A stretch of 64,000 nucleotides of DNA from an uncultured virus (IMG/VR IMGVR_UViG_3300049913_000012) (Duplodnaviria; Heunggongvirae; Uroviricota; Caudoviricetes): the IMG/VR virus record IMGVR_UViG_3300049913_000012. One strand, given 5' to 3'. Shown piece by piece: positions 29,613 through 40,000 of the stretch. Position 1 is the first letter of the stretch, and every line of letters starts with the position of its first letter. A program made the position numbers and the translations under genes. The notes under the pieces were generated by a model that saw nothing but the letters and a program-made list of their open reading frames with translations, did not search any database and was not told where the DNA came from.

Positions 29613-30413
29613 ATGGCTATAACTACAGTAGATGATATTGCATCAGGACTGGCAGAAGCACAGGTAATCAATTTCCTAAAGAACATCACTGCTCCGAAGG
29701 CAATCGGCTCAATACAAAGTAGCTGGCTTGCTACTGGTAATCCAGGTGCGGGAGCTACTCCACCAGCTTATGATTACGGTAGTGACTATATTTGCAATCG
29801 TGATACCCCTGGAGCATTCCCATACGCCAACGCAGGAAACCAGAACTATCTAACTAAGCTCTTTATGATGTCAGCAATTGGTGGAGCTTTCATTCTTGTA
29901 GATCGCTTATGGTCATGTTCTGGTATGGGTTACGCTGCTGGAACTTATACGGTTACTAATCCAGGCGATCTTCCACTACGTATAGAAGATTACGGTATAG
30001 ATTGTGAACTTTGGATAGAGCAGTATGAAGCAGCAGGAGCAGCATCAGGGACGCTCTTAGCAAATTACATGAATCCTTCTAATGTAGCTGAGGTCGGTGT
30101 AATCCCTGCTGTAGTTTCTGCGCCTGTGATTGGGCAAGTACAACCTATCCCGCTAGATGCTGGAGCTACAGGTGTTCGGCAGCTTGTTAGCGTAGTTACT
30201 GATGCTACCTGGACTTCAGGTACATTTGGAATGAGTATTGTCAAACGCATTGCTACTATTGAAGTACCTTATCCTGGCTGCGGAAAAACTCTGGATTGGG
30301 CAGCCTTGGGTCTGCCTATGCTTCTAGACAATGCTTGTCTTGCGCTATACTGGATGGGTGCTGCTGCTGAAGCATCTCAGGTTCTTGGACAACTTTCAAT
30401 TATAGATAAATAA
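29613..30413 (+). CDS. Virion structural protein (putative)
   Basis: AAGGAG RBS; in tail module; beta-rich. Confidence 0.55.
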   Translation: MAITTVDDIASGLAEAQVINFLKNITAPKAIGSIQSSWLATGNPGAGATPPAYDYGSDYICNRDTPGAFPYANAGNQNYLTKLFMMSAIGGAFILVDRLWSCSGMGYAAGTYTVTNPGDLPLRIEDYGIDCELWIEQYEAAGAASGTLLANYMNPSNVAEVGVIPAVVSAPVIGQVQPIPLDAGATGVRQLVSVVTDATWTSGTFGMSIVKRIATIEVPYPGCGKTLDWAALGLPMLLDNACLALYWMGAAAEASQVLGQLSIIDK

Positions 30414-30425
30414 AGGAGAGATAAA

Positions 30426-30971
30426 ATGACAATTACATATAGAGGTTTAGCAGCTTCATTCAGGATTGTAGGTTCTGCTGCCACGCCCCAAAATCTACTC
30501 ACGATTGAGAATACTGCTGGTTCAGCAGTAATAGTGCGTATCCGTAGGCTAATAAGTCAGCTTGATGCAACTGCGGTGCTCACTTCAGTTATGCCACTAG
30601 TCAAGACTTCAAGAGCTACATCGGTTAGTGGTGGCACTACGCTAGCGAAAGTACCATTTGATACATCACAATCTTCGGCTGCTAATGTGGTTATTCGTAA
30701 TGCTACTGCCTCTGATGGCGGTGGTCTAACGACCATTACCGCTACCGCAGGAGATACCATGTGGCAACAGTACTGTATGAGAATACATACCCTTGTTGGT
30801 CAAATCCTTGGAGTTGATAGCAATCAACTTCCTAATTTAGTTGAGGATGATCCTATACTGCTCGCAGCAGGAGAGGCTCTATTAGTACAGGTTGTCGCAT
30901 CAGCAGGAGGTTCTAATCCAGCCACAAACCATTGGTTTGTTCAGGTCATGTGGGAAGAGGATACACCCTAA
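30426..30971 (+). CDS. Virion protein, paralogue A
   Basis: Aligns by eye with the next gene (VLTSVMP, KVPFDTS, ITATAG, RIHT..GQILG). Confidence 0.65.
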   Translation: MTITYRGLAASFRIVGSAATPQNLLTIENTAGSAVIVRIRRLISQLDATAVLTSVMPLVKTSRATSVSGGTTLAKVPFDTSQSSAANVVIRNATASDGGGLTTITATAGDTMWQQYCMRIHTLVGQILGVDSNQLPNLVEDDPILLAAGEALLVQVVASAGGSNPATNHWFVQVMWEEDTP

Positions 30972-31762
30972 TGGCAATCACTTATAAGGGTATGACAGCA
31001 TCGTTAGGCATTTTTGGAAACGACCTTACTATACAACATATATTTGCTATCTGTAATGGATCGGCTTCACGAGTAAATGTTCAGGTGAAGCGAATAGCGT
31101 TGCAGAATGACCCTGTAAATGTCCTCACTTCCGTGATGCCTGATACGAAAGTTACAAGAGCGGAAGGCACAGTTAGCGGAGGCATGAATCTGCCTAAAGT
31201 TCCTTTTGATACAAGCCTAATATCAGACACAAATGTTGTCTTTAGGGCTGCTGTTGCTTCTGGTAATCTCATTACTGCTACAGCAGGAGCAATCCTTGCA
31301 TATCGACAACTAACCTCACGTATACATACTGCAATCGGTCAGATACTTGGCGAAGATGAGAATCCATTGCCTGAGATAGTTGACAATATAGGTGATGAGT
31401 TCCTTGTCAGACCAGGAGAATCTCTTTTGCTAACAGTAATTGGTGCTGTAGTTGCTTCAAATGCAGCCATTACTAATAACTGGTTTATCAACTGTGCTTG
31501 GTATGAGGACTCACTTACCACCTTTGCTATTAGTGGAACAGTAACGCTTGGTGGCAATCCTGTCGATGGGGCTAAGGTTATTGTTCTTGAAGCTGATGAT
31601 GAGGCATTGACTAATGCTCATTTGGTAGAGGTCAAAACTACTAATGGCTCAGGACAGTGGAGTTCTACTATTCTGCATGGCAAGGTAGGAGCAGCTTTTG
31701 TTCAGTATGTAACTGGCGGTATCTACTATACTGCACCTGGAAGCCCATTCTTGGAGGACTAA
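30971..31762 (+). CDS. Virion protein, paralogue B with C-terminal Ig/carboxypeptidase-regulatory-like domain
   Basis: ATG 30971 (MAITYKG); C-terminal ISGTVTLGGNPVDGAKV...TTNGSGQW. Confidence 0.65.
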   Translation: MAITYKGMTASLGIFGNDLTIQHIFAICNGSASRVNVQVKRIALQNDPVNVLTSVMPDTKVTRAEGTVSGGMNLPKVPFDTSLISDTNVVFRAAVASGNLITATAGAILAYRQLTSRIHTAIGQILGEDENPLPEIVDNIGDEFLVRPGESLLLTVIGAVVASNAAITNNWFINCAWYEDSLTTFAISGTVTLGGNPVDGAKVIVLEADDEALTNAHLVEVKTTNGSGQWSSTILHGKVGAAFVQYVTGGIYYTAPGSPFLED

Positions 31763-32965
31763 ATGGCTTACACGCCTCCTGCGCTAAATGCAGTAGACTT
31801 TGCTCTTACAGCATTTACGCCAGAAGAGCTACCAGGAGCCGACTTTACACTTACGAGTGGGAGTCTTCCTGCATTAGATGCAGTGGACTTCGCATTGACA
31901 GGCTTCAGCCTGTCTTTGTTTCCATCAGTTGATTTTGAGCTAGAGATTGTTGAAGCAACAAGTTTTATCCACGCTTATCTAGCTGGATCAAGTTCAGAGA
32001 GTTCATCGCAGTCTGCCTATTTAGCAGGACAAGCTACGGTAGTAGATTTCAAGAGTGCCTATCTTGTAGGGCAAGATGTAGCCAGTACAAGTAAGTCTGC
32101 TTACTTGGCAGGGCAGGATATAGCTAGTTCGTTCCAGACTGCTTATGCACAGGGACAGGATTTGGGAATTACGACTGTTCCTGTATATCTGGTCGGACAG
32201 GACACAGGAGTCACTTCAGTTGCAGCCTACCTGAATGGAAGTGTTGCTGGTACTCCCGTTGTGTCTAGCGTACCAGCATATTTGAGTGGTGTGAGTCCAG
32301 GTACACCAGCGTCAACATCGGTCAGCGCTTACCTTGCTGGTGCGCCAACAACGAGAGTTCATGCTTTCTTAGCTGGTACTGCGCCAATAGTAGAACCGCC
32401 AGTTGGGACACATTTGAGCTTTGGTCAAGAGTGGATAGTCACTCCATTGCTCTATTCTACTAGTGGAGTCAACGGTGCTGATGTTGCTGGTATCCTTGGT
32501 AATTGGCTTTTTGGCACAGAAGGTTATCACGGTGGAGGCCCACTATTCTACTTTGATACATCTGGGAGCTTCGGGACATCTGGTAGTCTTGCTAATATAG
32601 AACTTGGTGTTTTGGGGATCCTCCCAAAGTCAACTGAGTGGGATAATGTAGAGAATGTAGTCAATAAGGTTGGACTGAAGGTAAAAGGGCATTGGTGGGA
32701 GATGCCACTGGAGATTGGCCCTGAAGATAAATGGATAGATGTAGCTGCTGTTCCCATACTTTCTGGAGGTTCTACTGCCTATGACACAATTTGGGATACA
32801 TCAAATCTACTTGGAGAAAATGCTCCAATTGGATATGTGGGCCAGAATATGAAACAAGTTACTCATCTTTATGCGTCTTATGTGAAGTATATAGGTAGAG
32901 GTCAAGTGCAACTCGATATGTCATTCGATCATATATTCATTGTACGTTACAATCCAGGTGACTAA
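31763..32965 (+). CDS. Tail fibre-like protein with S-x-x-AYL-x-G repeats
   Basis: N-terminal AVDFALT repeats and about 10 AYLxG repeats. Confidence 0.6.
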   Translation: MAYTPPALNAVDFALTAFTPEELPGADFTLTSGSLPALDAVDFALTGFSLSLFPSVDFELEIVEATSFIHAYLAGSSSESSSQSAYLAGQATVVDFKSAYLVGQDVASTSKSAYLAGQDIASSFQTAYAQGQDLGITTVPVYLVGQDTGVTSVAAYLNGSVAGTPVVSSVPAYLSGVSPGTPASTSVSAYLAGAPTTRVHAFLAGTAPIVEPPVGTHLSFGQEWIVTPLLYSTSGVNGADVAGILGNWLFGTEGYHGGGPLFYFDTSGSFGTSGSLANIELGVLGILPKSTEWDNVENVVNKVGLKVKGHWWEMPLEIGPEDKWIDVAAVPILSGGSTAYDTIWDTSNLLGENAPIGYVGQNMKQVTHLYASYVKYIGRGQVQLDMSFDHIFIVRYNPGD

Positions 32966-34275
32966 TGGTATCTAGAATAAGTCTCTTTGATTTATCGGAA
33001 GTTATAGCTGATCTATCGGACACTGGTTATGATGGCATGTCAGGATTCACGATGGTCGATAATAATACAGCCTACGCAGTCACTTGGAAGTTTATGGGAC
33101 TTGAACACGAACCAGACCCCGAAGACCCCTACGACTCACCTTGGGCGTGGCCCTATGCACCTCAGCTTGTAAAAATAACATGGGATGGTGACTCGTGTAC
33201 ACATCAGATTGTAGCTACTCTTGAAAACATGTTCGAGGTAGGTGGTCAAATTCATGGATGCAACTATTGGGACAGTCCAATAGCTATCAATCACATTCAT
33301 TATGGAGTACATGACTACGTGGTTGTTATTTTCCACACTCAAATATATATACACTGGCATGACGAGAGATGGCCTTTACCCTGTCCCAATGATGGAATAA
33401 AGGTTTTTTGCTACGGAACTGATAGTTGTGAAGTGAATCTTATGCTCCCTTGGGATGATGACACACTTTTATTAGGGTATCAGGGTATCAGTAAAGGAAG
33501 TATATACCATAGCAATATATTTTATGCTGTAGATTGTGTAGAGCATAGTGTGCCACCAGTCGGTTGGGTTTTCCCAGGCGATCCCTGTCCACCTACAGGA
33601 AACAATTATTGCCCTTGTCCTACTCTTATCATAACTGGCTCAGGGGCTAGTTGGGCTGCCGATGTGACAGTACCTTGTGCTGGCTGGAACGGTGGTGGTT
33701 TCAAGGAATACATTCTTGAAGAATTTCACCAAACAAAACATAGTGCTGCGGATAACACAAATGGAAATTTCTTCTATCCAGCAGTAAGGGTAGACTATGG
33801 TACTAATCTTATGCAGTGCTCAGGTGGTACATTGTCGATAGCAGTAGAGTCAACCTTTGATGCTCACACTTTATTCAATGGGAAAGATCATGCTTATGGC
33901 ATACATGGTTATGGTCAACTTTTTGTTTTACCCAATGGCCCAGATTTGATAACTGTGCCAGTCTCGGCAGATGGTTACGATCAGGTCAATCATGCTATGG
34001 ACGATAAGTATGACATGATATGGAGTATTACTCCTGCTGGTCTTGTAGGACAAGGGATTCACGATCCCCTACTTGATAGAACTATTGCAGTAGATTGGCC
34101 TATAAATCCTACCTCTGGCTCTCCATCTCCTTATCCCGATGGTTCAGAAACAGGAAGTTATGCTATACGTATTCTAGCTGGAGAGGTTGCGTTACTTGCT
34201 CAATCAGGTTCATCTTGGCATCTACTTATGCTAAAAGAGAATGTGCCAATGGGTTATTCTCGATACTGGCCCTAA
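32965..34275 (+). CDS. Hypothetical Cys/His/Trp-rich protein, possible receptor-binding domain
   Basis: 436-aa ORF translationally coupled to the previous gene. Confidence 0.6.
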   Translation: MVSRISLFDLSEVIADLSDTGYDGMSGFTMVDNNTAYAVTWKFMGLEHEPDPEDPYDSPWAWPYAPQLVKITWDGDSCTHQIVATLENMFEVGGQIHGCNYWDSPIAINHIHYGVHDYVVVIFHTQIYIHWHDERWPLPCPNDGIKVFCYGTDSCEVNLMLPWDDDTLLLGYQGISKGSIYHSNIFYAVDCVEHSVPPVGWVFPGDPCPPTGNNYCPCPTLIITGSGASWAADVTVPCAGWNGGGFKEYILEEFHQTKHSAADNTNGNFFYPAVRVDYGTNLMQCSGGTLSIAVESTFDAHTLFNGKDHAYGIHGYGQLFVLPNGPDLITVPVSADGYDQVNHAMDDKYDMIWSITPAGLVGQGIHDPLLDRTIAVDWPINPTSGSPSPYPDGSETGSYAIRILAGEVALLAQSGSSWHLLMLKENVPMGYSRYWP

Positions 34276-34425
34276 ACATGAGTGTCTATTGTCAAAATGT
34301 CTAGATAAGGGTAAGATTAATAGATTGTAGAAAGTAGCCTAACTTAAAGTGAAGATGAATGCCATTGTAGTTTGATGGCACACAGAACAATTCAATACTA
34401 TCTTTTATCCTAGGAGAGTTTTACA

Positions 34426-35022
34426 ATGGCTACTTTTGCATGGGAAGTTTACTCAGACACCCCTGGCTGGAAGGATGTTGGAGCCAATACCTTTATTTTC
34501 GCTGGTAGCGCCTCTGACCTCACTACCCCAATTACGGTTGGGGAATGGCAGACAGGAACGCACATCGGAAATGGTGATCCTGGCACAGATCAGTGTGGGA
34601 CAAACCATGTCCGAAACGTCAAATATATCTCAAGCACTCAGTTCGATTCGGGCGGTGGCACTGAAACACTGAATGACACCAACCTAGTCGCAACTGAATG
34701 CACCCTGCGTGTCAAGTTTACAGATGCCTCAGCAGTGGCAACATCGTCTGCTCGCTTCTATAGCTTTGACAGCAGCGTTGTTACCAACGAAGCTATTGGT
34801 ATCCACGCCTACGCTTTCGAGCGAGGTGTTTCAGCTACCACTTGGACACAGATCAATGATGACTCTGGTAATATCGGTGGTGACAATACTGGTGAGCGTC
34901 TTGGCTTATCAGATCAGACCGCAAACACTGAGCACTATTTCTATATTGCAGTGTCCTGCCAAGCTGAGTCGGTGGGTGCAAAAACCCAATTCGATTTTGG
35001 TCTGGCTCTCACCTACTCATAA
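34426..35022 (+). CDS. Virion structural protein (putative)
   Basis: AGGAG RBS; beta-rich 198 aa. Confidence 0.55.
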   Translation: MATFAWEVYSDTPGWKDVGANTFIFAGSASDLTTPITVGEWQTGTHIGNGDPGTDQCGTNHVRNVKYISSTQFDSGGGTETLNDTNLVATECTLRVKFTDASAVATSSARFYSFDSSVVTNEAIGIHAYAFERGVSATTWTQINDDSGNIGGDNTGERLGLSDQTANTEHYFYIAVSCQAESVGAKTQFDFGLALTYS

Positions 35023-35025
35023 ACC

Positions 35026-36468
35026 ATGAACGTAGGTGAGGGTAATGGAAAGGTCTATATAGGTATCCCAAGGGAAAGAATCTATTTCCCTGAGTTTGTG
35101 GATAACCGAGACGCAATCCTAACAAGCCTCACAAAAGCTGGTCTATCCTGTGACTACTATCAAGCGCAAGGTCACAGGGTAGACCGTAATCGTGACCGTA
35201 TCGTACTCGCTTTTCTGAAGCATCCGTTGCAACCAGAATGGTTGCTGATGATCGACTCAGACATGGAGCACATTCCCGATCTAGCTCAACGTCTCCTCGC
35301 ATGCGAGAAACCTATCGTAGGAGGATTATACTTCTATCGTGGACAGACTCATGATCCCTTTGCGTTCCGTAATGCCAAACCAGAGCTAGATGAATATGGG
35401 CGTACGAGTCGTACCTGGGCTCCTATGCGTGATGAAGTCTTTGATTTCTTAGCATCTTCAGGAGTTCCACTTAGGGACAATGCTGTAGCTATCAATGGCG
35501 TGAATGGGCTGACTAAGGTAGATGCAGTAGCCACAGGAGCCATGCTGATACATAGGAGCGTACTTGAAGCTATGCAGCCTGGGCCTTGGTTCGAGTATGA
35601 AACTGGTGGTAATTCTGAAGACCTAATGTTCTGTGCCAGGGCTACAGAGAAGTATGGTTTTGATATTTACTGTGACTTCTCCACGATTAGTGGTCACTAC
35701 GCCCTTGTTCCAATGGGTTATGCTGAGTTCATAAATAAATACCAACAACGAGGAGTTGAGCTCAGCAGTTATACTCCGACTGAAGCTATTGAGTGGTTTG
35801 CTGAGTTCTTCGAGAAGCCGAAAGAGGACACAACAGAGTTGTTCAAGCGGGGTAGTCCTCACTTCTTTGGTGATTACTGGAAGTCGCTACCTGATACTCT
35901 CAATGAAAACACGGAACGTGAGATATATAGAAATGCTACTTCTGGGCGTCCTTATATAGTGGAGTTGCTTTACTGGAATGCCAGTCCTGAGTTTCTGTCT
36001 CTTCGTCAGCGCTTCATCAGTATTAGGAATCGCAATGTCATAGAGATTGGTGCTGGTATAGGTACGCTAGCCTTACAGCTTGCTATACAGCGCAATAATG
36101 TTTTAGCAGTAGAGGTAAATCCAGTACTGAGAAAGTTTATCAAGTACAGACTCAAGAAGACTGTAGATAATATAGAGACTAAGATGGGTAACTTGAAGGT
36201 GGCTGGTGATGGATGGCTCAAGGCTCATACTAAGTATGATGTCGCATTTGCTCTGGATGTATTTGAGCACATGCCATTGCCAGACCTAAAAGCTACGATA
36301 GATACCTTGGGTGAAGTGTTAGTTACTGGTGGACATCTCTACTACCACAACAATTGGGGTCAGCAAGATATATTCCCCATGCACCATGACTATGCTGATA
36401 TATGGTCTGAGCTACTTGTCGATGCAGGATTCTATCAGATTTCGCCCAACGAGGCAGTTAGGACATAA
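35026..36468 (+). CDS. GT-A (GT2-like) glycosyltransferase fused to class I SAM methyltransferase
   Basis: LLMIDSDM (DxD), TGAMLIHRSV, SEDLMFC; C-terminal VIEIGAGIG and DVFEH. Confidence 0.85.
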   Translation: MNVGEGNGKVYIGIPRERIYFPEFVDNRDAILTSLTKAGLSCDYYQAQGHRVDRNRDRIVLAFLKHPLQPEWLLMIDSDMEHIPDLAQRLLACEKPIVGGLYFYRGQTHDPFAFRNAKPELDEYGRTSRTWAPMRDEVFDFLASSGVPLRDNAVAINGVNGLTKVDAVATGAMLIHRSVLEAMQPGPWFEYETGGNSEDLMFCARATEKYGFDIYCDFSTISGHYALVPMGYAEFINKYQQRGVELSSYTPTEAIEWFAEFFEKPKEDTTELFKRGSPHFFGDYWKSLPDTLNENTEREIYRNATSGRPYIVELLYWNASPEFLSLRQRFISIRNRNVIEIGAGIGTLALQLAIQRNNVLAVEVNPVLRKFIKYRLKKTVDNIETKMGNLKVAGDGWLKAHTKYDVAFALDVFEHMPLPDLKATIDTLGEVLVTGGHLYYHNNWGQQDIFPMHHDYADIWSELLVDAGFYQISPNEAVRT

Positions 36469-36469
36469 T

Positions 36470-36868
36470 ATGTTTCAACAGACAATACCATTTTTAGGGT
36501 GGATGGCTTCTCTCTCTAATGGAGAAACCGTCAGAGAAGAAACTCCCATTCCAGGTGAGAAGACATCCTGGCAAAAGCTATTGGATCGCTTGACCGCAGA
36601 GAATCTCAAGATGATCGGGCTATGTCTTCGTCACTTGAATATAACTGTCAATGCGTTACCACCTAAGCAGTGTGATGGTTACTATCAGGCAAGAGATCAG
36701 CGTATTGCCTTTTATCAGGGAATGGAAGCTGGTTCCATCAGGCAGGGTGTTGGTTCCGTTGTTGGCGACAAGGTATATATTGCTTGGCTTGACGCTAATG
36801 GCAGTGTGTGGACAGATGTTCGGCTTTTGTCATCCGAGAAGATTCACACCACTCTGCGTGATGTATAA
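36470..36868 (+). CDS. Hypothetical protein
   Basis: ATG directly after the GT stop; 132 aa. Confidence 0.6.
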   Translation: MFQQTIPFLGWMASLSNGETVREETPIPGEKTSWQKLLDRLTAENLKMIGLCLRHLNITVNALPPKQCDGYYQARDQRIAFYQGMEAGSIRQGVGSVVGDKVYIAWLDANGSVWTDVRLLSSEKIHTTLRDV

Positions 36869-37029
36869 TATATGTAAATCGTAGTATCACCTTGTAAATC
36901 TAGATTAGCAGACCTTCTGCTAGTGCTAGCTCGACATTCTCTTTCGGGTTAGCCAAAGAATTTAGATAGGCTGGTAGTTACCAGTCTCGCCAATTCTTGT
37001 GGCAACGTAGAAAGTAGGAATGTCGATAT

Positions 37030-40000
37030 ATGGCACTTACTCCTGTAAAGCTAACTGGTTTTGAATGGGGGACTTCTACCCTAACCGCCAATGGTGGCGG
37101 TCTTTGTGACACAGTAACGGGAAGTCCTACAGTCTCCTCATCCTATAAGAGAACAGGTACTTATTCTCTTAGGATTTATGCTGCCTCCGCTGCTGCCACC
37201 AATATTATCTTTACCACTACCACAATTGGCTCAAGCAAGAATGTGATGATAGGTTCTGCCTATATTATGTTCCATACTTGGCCTAATGGCAACGTGGAAA
37301 TCTTTACTGCTACAGTCGGGGCAGTTTATCCTTCTATCTATTTTGACAATACCAACAAGAAGATTATGTCCACTGCTGGTGGATCAGCACAAACCAATGG
37401 TGTGACTATAGCCCTTGATACATGGTATAGAATAGACTGGAAGATAAATGTTTCTGCTAATCCTTGGACAGTAGATGTTCAGGTTGAAGGCACTGCTAGC
37501 ACTCAGGCTACTAATGGGGTGGCTGGTAGCACTTTTACCAATGCTATTATTGGATGGCGTACTGCCTATACTGGTGAGATGTATGTCGATGACTACATTC
37601 TATCTACAACAAGCACAGATACTTATCCTATTGGTCAGCATTTTATTATAGGTTTGTCTCCCGCCAATAAGGGCTACATGCACTCTAATAATCCTAGTGG
37701 ATACCTTCAAGATAATTATAGTAGTGTAATTGACGATAGTGGGACTGTTGCTTGTGGGAGCCTTGACGAAATACCATTTGGAACGACTACTGATTATATA
37801 AAACAGACTGCTATTGCGTCTGGCGAGTATGCTGAAACACAATTTGCTAGTTGTCCTGGTGGCACTGTTATAGGTGTCCAGTTCTTATTGGGATATACCT
37901 CCTCTGCAACCACTGCCAATAGTGCATCCACTCGTATACGAGATGGAGAGGGTACTGAGACTGTCGTCTTTACAGGAGATATGTCTGAGACAAGCACATT
38001 CTATAAGTTCAAGATCATTCCTCCACCTAGTATTTTTGGGCGCTGGAGTTCCGATGCAGTAAGTACGCTAAAAGCAAGAATGGGTTATGCTACTAGCGTT
38101 GGCAGTCTACCACGCTGGCAAACTATGATGCTTGAAGTAGCCATGACTGGTTATGGTGGTGGTACTTCTGGTTCAGGCTATCAAATTTGCGAAAGCTGGA
38201 ATGAACCAATTGCTGTGTGCGAGACTTCTTCAGGTGTATTCTATGCTCTTTGCTATGATGGTCAGTTCATGGATTACGGTGTCGTCTTATATAAGTCTAC
38301 TGATTTTGGTCATACCTGGATAAGATTTCTTGAGGCCGATTCAACTAAGATTTGGGGTACAGCAGGAGTCGGCACAACTGCTCGAATGGTTACAGATGGC
38401 AATAATATTGCCATTTTTGCTTGCCGAAACGCAAATAGTGCCGACTGTATAAAGTATTGTAATGGTGGTGGGCCTACTGCTGATTGGGAAACCATATTTA
38501 CTTCTGGCTCAAATGGAATGAGCACAATTGCAATGGGTGTGGGCATAGACAGTAGTTATTATCATACTCTCTGGTGTTTCTTTGCCTACATTCCTGATGG
38601 TACTACCAAGGGACGCTTAGCCTATGTAAATCTGCCTTGGTATACATGGCAAGCAGCCATTGATGTTCCTGGCATTACCGATCCTGCGTCTTTTACCAAT
38701 ATAGGACTTCAAACTAAGGGAGATGGTGGCTTATGGGTGTTTTATTGCACTGATGGAGAAGGCGATCCTCCAGATGGTCTATACGTAATTAGATATGCGT
38801 CAGGGTGGCAGACTCCAGTCAAAATAACTGGAGGTACTAGTGGTCATGTGTTCTTCCATGAGCTTTATGGCCCTAGCATCGTGATTGATAAAGACGATGA
38901 TTATTTTGCCTACCATGCCAATATCAATAGCCCATACTATATTAGGGAAAATGCAAACTCTTACAACTATGGAGTAATGTACTCTGGTGGCACTGGTCTT
39001 GTTCACTACAAATATAATCCTACTAGTGGGAGTGGTTTCTTTAGGATGTTATTTAGCAGAAACAGTAAGTTTTGGTACATGACCAGAGACGATGATGTTG
39101 ATTGGGATGCCTATAACGAGAATGCCAAAGTCGAAATACCATCCTACGCAATGGCTGGCACTATCATTGGTCAAAATTCAGCTATTGATTTTCCTCCTGC
39201 GTCTGGTGATATTGGTCTTATTTACAAAGACGTTGCTGGAGAGTATATCTACTTCAAGGGTCTTTTTAACGAGGCTAGTACTAGTGTTCATGCCTATCTA
39301 GAGGGTTTCAGTACTGTTTCTGTTGAATATCCAGTTCTTCAAAGTGCAGTTATCGTTCCTTGTGCTGAGAAAGCCTTTGCCTGTGCCAGCAATGGTAATA
39401 TGTACTGTCTCATGCAGGACTATAACAACTCTAACTTTATCCAGATGTATAAGTCCACCGATGGTGGTCAGACTTGGGCAACATGTGGCTCTCAGGTAAC
39501 ATCTACTACTCTTTGGGGGTCTGCAAACATGGCATACCTCAATCAGATGATGATAGCTCCTGACAACACTATTCACGTCATGGTATGTACATCTACAACT
39601 AGTGCGGTTTGTACAAAGTGGAACACTTATAACATTTCTACTGATACTTGGGGAGCTTCCTGGGAAACAGTTTATACAGCAGACGGAAGTGGTAACTATT
39701 GCTATGGTCGTCTATATGTTGATAAGGATGGCTACCCCTGGATTGCAGCGTGTAGTGCTACCAATCATGTTGTAAAGAATAGACGTTCAGGCTCTTGGAG
39801 CGCTGAGGAGGTGGTAGGAGCAAAATTATGTGACTGGAATAATTGGTCTTTTGCTGCGGTTGATAACAACAAAGCGTTACTTGCTACATATACCGTAACA
39901 AAGATAGGTTACTACGAAAAACAGGCTGGTACTTGGGGTTCTCATGTAGACCTAGCATACACTGGTGGCGGTAGTGGTTCATGTTCTCCTCTTGGCAGTA

